A stretch of DNA of 51,537 bases. It comes from an uncultured delta proteobacterium (GTDB taxonomy: Bacteria; Myxococcota_A; UBA9160; JAFDET01). Location: assembly GCA_947260035.1 (NCBI GenBank), contig CAMYOO010000008.1, positions 1 through 51,537 of the forward strand, in the 5' to 3' direction. The notes below the pieces were generated by a model. The model worked only from the letters and a program-made list of their open reading frames with translations, ran no database searches and was not told where the DNA came from. A program made the position numbers and the translations under genes. Of this stretch, positions 44,603 to 51,537 are shown piece by piece. Positions within the stretch are counted from its first letter, which is position 1, and every line of letters begins with the position of its first letter.

Positions 44603-46528
44603 CTAGCGACGCAGCAGCCTCCGGACCAGACCCTTCTGCTTCTCTCGGCGAAGGTTGATGAGCCGAAGCTCCCGGAGCGCTTCTACGCAGTCCGACTTGA
44701 CCTGCACGGCCTTCACGAACATGCGCTCAGCGGGCTCGTGTCGGCCGGTCGCCTTGAGGAGCTGGCCGAGAAACAGGTAGGGCTTTTCACTATCCGGTGC
44801 CAGCTTGGCGGCCTTCCGCAGGGCCTTGACCGCCTCCTTGTGGGCCGACTCGTCGCGCTGTGCGGAGAGGAATCGCGTCCATCCCAGGTAGGCCAGATAC
44901 TCGCCCTCGTGGGGGTAGAGGTCTACGGCCGACGTGAAGGCCTCGAAAGCCGGCTGGTAGCGGCGGGACTTGAGCGCCGCGGCGCCCTTCTGGAACTCCT
45001 GCTCGGCGGCCAGGGCGCGGCGCGCTTCCTCCATCTCCTCTTCCAGACGCGCACCCTGGGCGAGCTCGAGGCGGTAGCCGTCGCGACCGCGTCGATCCGT
45101 CAGGGTCTCATGCGCCAGGGAGACGCGCCCGAACACCTCCTCCGCCAGGCGCCGGATCGCCTCGCTGGATCCGCTGTAGCGGTCCGGGTGCGTTCGCTTG
45201 GCCAGATCGACGTAGGCCGCGCGCACCACTTCGTCTTCCGCGTTCTGTGCGACACCCAGCACCTCGAACAGGTTCGCACCGCGCATGCGCTGGGCCATGG
45301 CCGTGAACTCTTCGCGAACGGCTTCTTCCTCCGGATCCCGCTGCACGGAGGCCAGGCGCGCCCGCGCCGCTGCAACGGCATTGGCCGTGACTCCCGGATC
45401 GACGGCGGACTCGCCGGCGGCGCGCAGCTCGACCACCTGAGCGGCGAGAAGCGCGTAGAGAATGCGGCGGGAAGGCTCCCCCGCATCCAACAGGTCATCG
45501 ACGGAGGCGCCTTCGGTGACCCGCTGCAGGACGCACTGGGCCGGCGCGTCGAGGGTGAGATCCTGGAACAGGTAGAAGGGGCTCTCCCCGGCGGCGACCA
45601 CGGTCTCGCCGCGGTGCCCGCTGAGCTCGGCGTCGATCCTCTCGATGGGGAAGCGGCTCGTCACGCCGTTCACGATGATGGAGGCGGGGTTGCCGTCCAG
45701 ACCCAGCGTGCTGGCGCCCTTGAGTCGGCTCTTGCGGCGGAACTCGAAGGTGCCCGAGGTCCACTCGAAGATCTCGAAGAGCTTCTCCTCGGCCTGCACG
45801 CGCAGCGCATTGGTGATCTCGGGCTCGGACAGCACCTCCATCGCCACGAGCACCTCGCCCTGCAGGCCCTCACCGCGCCGCATTCGGCGCAGGGTTTCCT
45901 TCAGGGTCTGGGCGTCGATGCGACCCATCCGAACCAGGAGGTTGCCCAGGCACTCGTTCACCTGGTTGGAGCGGACGCCCACGGGACGGCCGTCGCGAAG
46001 CTGGATGGCCTTGCGCTTCTTGCCCGAGCGAAGAAGCAGCGCGCCGCTGGCGCGCAGGCCATGCAGGTGGTGGAGCAGCGCCGGGAAGGGGAGCTCTTCC
46101 AGGGCGCCTTTCAGGACCGATGCGCGCGAGTTCTTCGCCTGCGGTTCTTGGGGCGTACCCGAAAGAGCCTTGGCTACCTGCTCCAGCAGCTGATCCAGGG
46201 GCACGGGTTTGGTCAAGAAGGAGGCGACCCGCAGCCCGGCGGCGCGCTCCTCGTAGGCCGGCGTCTTCGAGCAACCCGAGATCAGGAGCACCGGTGTTTC
46301 GCAGGCCGGGTTCGCTCGGCTGCGGATGCCTTCTACGACCTCGAAGCCGTCCTTTCCCGGAAGCAACAAGTCCATGAGCACCAGGTCCGGGGCCTCGGCG
46401 TCGAATGCCGCCAGGCCGGCGTCGCCATCGTGGGCCTTGATCACGCGATAGCCTTCGCCTTCCAAGGCCTTCGCAATGATCTGACACAGATTGCGGTCAT
46501 CGTCGACGCAGAGAACAGAGTGCGGCAT
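44603..46528 (-). CDS. Multidomain protein: canonical REC + DUF4388 (PATAN-like) + J domain (HPD) + TPR
   Basis: REC: VLCVDDD...DLVLMDLLLPGKDG...VLLISG...FLTKP. DUF4388-like: LEELPFPALLHHLHGLRASGALLLRSG. J domain: NLFEVLGV....DEVVRAAYVDLAKRTHPDR. C-terminal TPR-like repeats. Confidence 0.85.
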   Translation of the reverse strand: MPHSVLCVDDDRNLCQIIAKALEGEGYRVIKAHDGDAGLAAFDAEAPDLVLMDLLLPGKDGFEVVEGIRSRANPACETPVLLISGCSKTPAYEERAAGLRVASFLTKPVPLDQLLEQVAKALSGTPQEPQAKNSRASVLKGALEELPFPALLHHLHGLRASGALLLRSGKKRKAIQLRDGRPVGVRSNQVNECLGNLLVRMGRIDAQTLKETLRRMRRGEGLQGEVLVAMEVLSEPEITNALRVQAEEKLFEIFEWTSGTFEFRRKSRLKGASTLGLDGNPASIIVNGVTSRFPIERIDAELSGHRGETVVAAGESPFYLFQDLTLDAPAQCVLQRVTEGASVDDLLDAGEPSRRILYALLAAQVVELRAAGESAVDPGVTANAVAAARARLASVQRDPEEEAVREEFTAMAQRMRGANLFEVLGVAQNAEDEVVRAAYVDLAKRTHPDRYSGSSEAIRRLAEEVFGRVSLAHETLTDRRGRDGYRLELAQGARLEEEMEEARRALAAEQEFQKGAAALKSRRYQPAFEAFTSAVDLYPHEGEYLAYLGWTRFLSAQRDESAHKEAVKALRKAAKLAPDSEKPYLFLGQLLKATGRHEPAERMFVKAVQVKSDCVEALRELRLINLRREKQKGLVRRLLRR

Positions 46529-46576
46529 GGATTCTCATGCATCGGCCGACCGAGCTGCCAGCCGAAGTGACAATCG

Positions 46577-47632
46577 TCACGCAGCGTCGAAGAGAACCTG
46601 CAGGCTGGTTGCGTACGGCGCGCGCGCGATGCCCCGCTCGGTGACGATGGCGCCGACGAGCGCTGCGGGCGTGACATCAAAGGCTGGATGGCGCACGGGA
46701 ACACCCTCCGGCATCACGAGTTGACCGCCGAAGTGCGTCACTTCTGCCGGCCCGCGTTCCTCGATGGGGATCGCGGCCCCGTCGGGAGTCTCCAGATCGA
46801 TGGTGGAGAGCGGCGCCGCCACGTAGAACGGAACTGCGTGCTCACGAGCCAGCAACGCCACCGTATAGGTTCCGATCTTGTTGGCCACGTCCCCGTTGCG
46901 TGCGATGCGATCCGCGCCCACCACCACCAGATCCACCTCGCCGCGTGCGATCAGGTGGCCCGCCATGTTGTCGGTAATCACCGTGACCGGGATGTCGTCC
47001 CGGGCCAGCTCCCAGGCGGTGAGCCGGGCGCCCTGGAGGAAGGGTCGAGTCTCGTCGGCCAGGACTTCCACGCGGCGGCCTGCCGCCACGGCAGAGCGGA
47101 CTACCCCCAGCGCTGTGCCCCAGCCCGCAGTGGCCAGGGCGCCGGCGTTGCAGTGGGTGAGGATTCGCGCACCGTCGGGGACCAGCTCCACCCCGGCAGC
47201 GCCCAGCGCACGACAGATTGCGATGTCTTCGTCCACGAGTGTACGCGCCTGTCGCACGACCTCCGCCCGCACCGCATCGGCGTCGGCCCCTTGCGCGCCG
47301 CAGGCCCGCTCCAGAACCTCGCGCATGCGCCCCAGCGCCCAGAAGAGGTTGACCGCCGTGGGCCGCGTGCGAGCCAGGCGTTCGATGGCGGCCAGGCAGT
47401 CGCTCCGAATTCCTTCGGGCTTCTCCGCGGGACTGCGCGCCGCCGCCAGGGCCACGCCCAATGCGGCGGCGCAGCCGATTGCCGGCGCACCGCGCACCGC
47501 CAGGTCCTCGATGGCGCGCGCTACGTCCTCCACGCTGTGGAGCGCGAGGTAGATCTCCTCCGCGGGGAGCTTGCGCTGGTCGAGCAGTTCGACCACCCCG
47601 TCGGCCCATCGCAACGTGAACCAGTCACTCAC
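46577..47632 (-). CDS. mtnA: S-methyl-5-thioribose-1-phosphate isomerase
   Basis: LDQRKLP......[21 protein letters not shown] and GADRIA.NGD.ANKIGTY. GTG 47632 has AGGAAA upstream. GTGA overlap with the upstream gene's stop. Confidence 0.9.
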   Translation of the reverse strand: MSDWFTLRWADGVVELLDQRKLPAEEIYLALHSVEDVARAIEDLAVRGAPAIGCAAALGVALAAARSPAEKPEGIRSDCLAAIERLARTRPTAVNLFWALGRMREVLERACGAQGADADAVRAEVVRQARTLVDEDIAICRALGAAGVELVPDGARILTHCNAGALATAGWGTALGVVRSAVAAGRRVEVLADETRPFLQGARLTAWELARDDIPVTVITDNMAGHLIARGEVDLVVVGADRIARNGDVANKIGTYTVALLAREHAVPFYVAAPLSTIDLETPDGAAIPIEERGPAEVTHFGGQLVMPEGVPVRHPAFDVTPAALVGAIVTERGIARAPYATSLQVLFDAA

Positions 47633-48750
47633 GGCTTGCTTTCCTGTGCACACGGATCCGCGCCGGATCCGCCGGCCCCCCCCGCGCCGATCTCGACCTT
47701 CACGTGCTCCAGGTCGTAGCGGCCGTCCCGCGACACGAGCTTCCCCGCCGCCGTGGCCGGCATGCCCGATGGCTTCCGGAATGCAACCGAGCCGCCGGTT
47801 TGCAGCTCCGCCGCGCTGGCGTCCAGATGGAACGGCCCGGCAAAGGGCGGGCCCGTGAGCGTCGCCTCCAGGGTCAGGTCGCCCTCGGCCCGAAGCTCCT
47901 CCACGTCGAGAACCGCGTTGGAGAGGCGCAGCCCCAGCGCCAGCCGATCCGTCTCTCCGGCCGCGCCGAGGAGATGGATCTTCCCGTCTACCGCGCCCGA
48001 CAATGCCTGGCCGCGGCGCAGATACGAACGCAGCGGAGCAAGACCGACACCGGAGAGCTCGAGGCAGAGGTCTACCGAGCGGTCCAAGCCCGCCACGCCG
48101 CTTCCCAGGATGCGGCCCGACCCCGCCAGCGTCCCAACCACCTCCAGATGGATGGGCCCGCCGGGCCCTTCGGCCTCGGCGCTGCCCGAGACGGGGCCCA
48201 GGTCCCAGGTCACCGGGGGCGAGACCGCGCTGTCATGCAGCACGATTCGCACGTCTTTCAGGGTGACGCGCTTGACGCCGAAATCCGGCTTGAGGCTGCG
48301 CTGCTTGCGCTCGGCATCGGACTTCGGCTCGCGCTCGGCCGGCTCCGGCTTCTCTTCCTTCTCCGGCGCACGCGGCCACTGGATCCCGTCGGACGTTCGC
48401 TCCAGGCGCAGCGTGGCGCCCTGGACTTCGAGCGAATCGACCACCACGGCCCCGACCAGCAGCGGAAGGAGCGAGAGCCGCAAGCCGATGGACTGCGCTT
48501 CGGCGAAGGGAGGTGCATCGGCCGTGGCCCCGGAGAGGCTGGAGCCGACCAGCTCCACCCGCGGTGGCAGGACGCGAAGCTGCAGGTCCTGCCACGCGAC
48601 CTCGCGGCCGGTCCGCTCCAGGACTTCGCGCGTGACCCGCTCGCGCACGTCGTCGCCGCCTACCAGACGGGGGAGCAGGATGGATACCGCCGCCAGCAGC
48701 AGGACCAGCAGACCCAGTACGATCGCGCCTGCGCGCATCACGCGAGCCAT
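47629..48750 (-). CDS. AsmA-family (DUF748-like) membrane-anchored protein
   Basis: N-terminal TM anchor ([22 protein letters not shown]) followed by a repetitive beta-rich region typical of AsmA-like proteins. Shorter than classical AsmA. Confidence 0.55.
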   Translation of the reverse strand: MARVMRAGAIVLGLLVLLLAAVSILLPRLVGGDDVRERVTREVLERTGREVAWQDLQLRVLPPRVELVGSSLSGATADAPPFAEAQSIGLRLSLLPLLVGAVVVDSLEVQGATLRLERTSDGIQWPRAPEKEEKPEPAEREPKSDAERKQRSLKPDFGVKRVTLKDVRIVLHDSAVSPPVTWDLGPVSGSAEAEGPGGPIHLEVVGTLAGSGRILGSGVAGLDRSVDLCLELSGVGLAPLRSYLRRGQALSGAVDGKIHLLGAAGETDRLALGLRLSNAVLDVEELRAEGDLTLEATLTGPPFAGPFHLDASAAELQTGGSVAFRKPSGMPATAAGKLVSRDGRYDLEHVKVEIGAGGAGGSGADPCAQESKP

Positions 48751-48754
48751 GGAC

Positions 48755-50203
48755 TCAGCCCTCCAGCTTTCGGGCCAGAATCTCGCGAACCGCCGGCGGG
48801 CTGGCCTTGCCCTGGGTCCGCTTCATCACCTGTCCCATGAGGAAGTTCAGCACCTTGGTCTCGCCGCCGCGATAGCGCTCGGCCATCTCCGGGTTCTCGG
48901 CCAGCACCTGGTCCGCGGCCGATTCCAGAACGCCAGTGTCGGATACGGTCTCGAGGCCGCGCTCACGGATCAGCGCTTCCGGATCGCCACCCTGCTCCGA
49001 AAGCTCGCGCAGCACGTCGCGCGCGCTCTGGGGCGTGACGCGCTCGGCATCCACCAGTCCGATCAGCGCAGCCAATGCAGCCGGCTCCAGACGCGTCGCC
49101 TGGATGTCTCCCTGGCCTTCCTTGAGTACGGCGGCCACGTCGCGCAGCATCCAGTTGGCCACGCTGCGGGCGTTCCCGTGCACACGAATGGTCGCCTCGA
49201 AGAAATCCGCAAGCGCCGGGCTTTCGGTCAGGGTCTGGGCGTCTCCGGCCGCCAGCCCATAAGACTCCTGGAACCGAGCCCGCTTGAGGCCCGGCAGCTC
49301 GGGCAGGTCGTCGCGCACCTGCGCGATCCAGGCAGGGTCCAGGTCCAGCGGAATCAGGTCCGGGTCCGGGAAGTAGCGGTAGTCGTCGGCGTTCTCCTTG
49401 ACGCGCATGAGCTGCGTGCGTCCGCTCTCCACATCGAAGAGCATGGTAGCCTGGACGATCTCGCCGCCGTCGTCGAGGACATCGGCCTGACGCACCATCT
49501 CCGCGTGAATGGCGCCCTCGACGCTGCGGAAGGAGTTCAGGTTCTTGGTTTCGGTGCGGGTCCCCAGCGTCTGGCTTCCCGGCCGGCGCAACGACAGGTT
49601 CACATCGCAACGCATCTGGCCTTTTTCCATGTCCGCGTCGGAGACGCCCGTGTAGCGGAGGATGGCGCGCAGGGCGCGCAGGAAGGCGCTGGCCTCGTCG
49701 GCGGAGCGAAGCTCCGGCTCGGAAACAATCTCCACCAGCGGAACCCCGGCGCGGTTCAGATCCATGTGCGACTCGCCGGCCGTCTCCCAATCTCCATGCA
49801 CCGACTTGCCCGCATCTTCCTCCATATGGATCCGGGTCAAGGAGACGGTCCGGACGCCGTCGTCGTCGGTCGCGATATCGACGGTTCCACCGCTGACCAA
49901 CGGATCTTCGAACTGTGAAATCTGGTAGCCCTTGGGGAGGTCCGGGTAGAAGTAATTCTTGCGCGCAAAGACCGAGCGCGGGTTCACCTTGCCGCCAACC
50001 GCCAGTCCGATACGCACCGCCCGCTCGACGGCGCCGCGATTCAGGACCGGAAGGGCGCCCGGCAGCGCCAGGCAGACCGGGCACACCTGGTGATTCGGTT
50101 CGCAGCCGTAACGAACCGGGCAGCGGCAGAAGAGCTTCGAGTCGGTCTTCAGGTGCACGTGCACTTCGAGGCCGATGACCGGCTCCCAGTCCGCCGCGCT
50201 CAC
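48755..50203 (-). CDS. gatB: Asp/Glu-tRNA(Asn/Gln) amidotransferase subunit B
   Basis: [32 protein letters not shown] and the C-terminal GatB/YqeY domain. Confidence 0.96.
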   Translation of the reverse strand: MSAADWEPVIGLEVHVHLKTDSKLFCRCPVRYGCEPNHQVCPVCLALPGALPVLNRGAVERAVRIGLAVGGKVNPRSVFARKNYFYPDLPKGYQISQFEDPLVSGGTVDIATDDDGVRTVSLTRIHMEEDAGKSVHGDWETAGESHMDLNRAGVPLVEIVSEPELRSADEASAFLRALRAILRYTGVSDADMEKGQMRCDVNLSLRRPGSQTLGTRTETKNLNSFRSVEGAIHAEMVRQADVLDDGGEIVQATMLFDVESGRTQLMRVKENADDYRYFPDPDLIPLDLDPAWIAQVRDDLPELPGLKRARFQESYGLAAGDAQTLTESPALADFFEATIRVHGNARSVANWMLRDVAAVLKEGQGDIQATRLEPAALAALIGLVDAERVTPQSARDVLRELSEQGGDPEALIRERGLETVSDTGVLESAADQVLAENPEMAERYRGGETKVLNFLMGQVMKRTQGKASPPAVREILARKLEG

Positions 50204-51537
50204 GGCGTCGCTCCCGGACGGCGCTGCGTCCAGTCCGTGCGCCGCTCGTAAGCGTCGGCAACGCGCAGCAGCAACGGCTCACCCAACGGCGACGCCAGAA
50301 GCTGAAGCCCGACGGGCAGTCCCCCGGCCAGACCGCACGGTGTAGACAGGCCCGGGATCCCGGCCAGCGGCGCCGACACCGTGTACACGTCGGACAGGTA
50401 CATGCGCAGGGGATCGCCGCTGCGCTCGCCCAGGCGGAAGGCGGTCTCCGGCGTGGTGGGGGTGGCGATCAGGTCGCACTCCTCGAACGCGGCTTCGAAG
50501 TCGCGCCGGATCAGCGTACGGACCTGCTGCGCCTTGCGGTAGTAGGCGTCGTAGTATCCCGCCGAGAGGACGTACGTGCCCAGCAAGATGCGCCGTTTCA
50601 CCTCGGGCCCGAAGCCTTCGGAACGCGTGCGCCGATAGAGCGCACCCAGATCGTCGCTCTCGGCGCGACGGCCGTAGCGGACTCCGTCGAAGCGGGAGAG
50701 GTTGCTGGAGGCCTCGGCATTGGCCACCAGGTAGTACGTCGCGACGGCATGCCGCGTGTGAGGAAGCGAGACCTCGCGCGTCTTCGCACCCGCCTTCTCC
50801 AGCTCGGAAACGGCCTCGCGCACTGCACCCAGCACCGCCGGGTCCACGCCCTCCTCGACGAAGTACTCCCGGGGTAGCCCTATCGTCAGACCGGAGCAGC
50901 CTCCGCCCAGGGCCGCCGTGTAGTCCGGCACCGGATCGGGAAGCGACGTCGAGTCGCGCGGGTCGTGTCCCGCCAGGACGCCCATGGCCAGCGCAGCGTC
51001 TGCGCTGGTCCTCGTCAGCGGGCCGATCTGGTCGAGAGACGACGCAAAGGCCACCAAGCCGTAGCGCGAGACCCGGCCATAGGTGGGCTTGACTCCCACC
51101 ACGCCGCACAACGCGGCGGGTTGGCGGATCGAACCTCCGGTATCGCTGCCCAGGGCCAGCGGAACGACACCGGCCGCAACCAGAGCTGCCGACCCACCGG
51201 ACGAGCCACCGGGTGCGCGCTCCGGGTCCCAGGGGTTGCGCGCCGGGCCCAGCGCGGAGTTCTCGGTGGACGAGCCCATGGCGAACTCGTCCATGTTGGC
51301 GCGGCCCACCACGATGGCGCCGGCGGCGCGCAGGCGCGCGGCCGCCGCGGAGTCGTACGGTGAGACATAGCCGTCGAGAATCCGGGAGGCGCACCCACAG
51401 GGCTCGCCGGCGACGGCGATGTTGTCCTTCAGCACGACCGGAATCCCGTCCAGGGGGGAACGCAGCTCTCCCGCGGCGCGGCGCGCATCGGCCTGGGTCG
51501 CCTCTTCGGCGGCGGCCTCGGCCCGGGTCGCCACGAT
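50200..51537 (-). CDS. gatA: Glu-tRNA(Gln) amidotransferase subunit A (5' end outside window)
   Basis: Amidase signature [16 protein letters not shown] and [11 protein letters not shown] also present. Frame is open to the window edge. 4-nt overlap with gatB. Confidence 0.95.
   Translation of the reverse strand: MVATRAEAAAEEATQADARRAAGELRSPLDGIPVVLKDNIAVAGEPCGCASRILDGYVSPYDSAAAARLRAAGAIVVGRANMDEFAMGSSTENSALGPARNPWDPERAPGGSSGGSAALVAAGVVPLALGSDTGGSIRQPAALCGVVGVKPTYGRVSRYGLVAFASSLDQIGPLTRTSADAALAMGVLAGHDPRDSTSLPDPVPDYTAALGGGCSGLTIGLPREYFVEEGVDPAVLGAVREAVSELEKAGAKTREVSLPHTRHAVATYYLVANAEASSNLSRFDGVRYGRRAESDDLGALYRRTRSEGFGPEVKRRILLGTYVLSAGYYDAYYRKAQQVRTLIRRDFEAAFEECDLIATPTTPETAFRLGERSGDPLRMYLSDVYTVSAPLAGIPGLSTPCGLAGGLPVGLQLLASPLGEPLLLRVADAYERRTDWTQRRPGATP

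Overview
Gene-dense, clearly high-GC bacterial chromosomal segment (GC not computed). Most genes lie on the minus strand and many are translationally coupled through ATGA/GTGA start-stop overlaps. No phage, integrase, transposase, CRISPR or recognisable defence genes were seen, so this is core rather than accessory DNA.

Gene content in order:
- groEL 3' end with a terminator, then an atypical receiver-PilZ protein.
- A 70-aa histone-fold ORF, then larC-larB.
- An HTTM-like membrane protein paired with an SGNH lipoprotein.
- A compact chemosensory operon: MCP-cheW-cheY-cheA-cheC-like.
- thiL, lon, and a TPR/LivK-type (LpoA-like) lipoprotein.
- hemW-hrcA-grpE-dnaK-dnaJ.
- A fused M16 peptidase, ggt, cyclophilin, tRNA-Phe and an OprB-type porin.
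- Split pqiA plus pqiB and pqiC.
- An AraC regulator divergent from an MBL-hydrolase/OMP pair.
- A WS/DGAT acyltransferase and a CehA/McbA-type metallohydrolase.
- HIT, PNPOx-like, radical-SAM, ilvE, a REC-DUF4388-J-domain-TPR protein, mtnA, an AsmA-like protein, and gatB-gatA.

Most notable observations:
1. cheA is split exactly at an A8 run. This run is extreme for this composition and forms an A-AAA-AAA-G slippery site. A -1 shift there restores a full-length P1-linker-P3-P4-P5 kinase.
2. A singlet histone-fold protein aligns by eye to archaeal HMf-type histones.
3. A perfect 67-bp tandem duplication splits an 887-aa secreted metallohydrolase gene.
4. A 118-bp nested palindrome (43/43-bp perfect arms, each arm itself a hairpin) fills a convergent intergenic gap.
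5. A 24-bp inverted repeat overlaps the thiL start codon.
6. The OprB porin is broken at a C5/G5 run.

Both single-base lesions correspond to one base missing from a homopolymer, so assembly error must be excluded before any biological reading. All domain calls are by-eye motif recognition; no searches were run.
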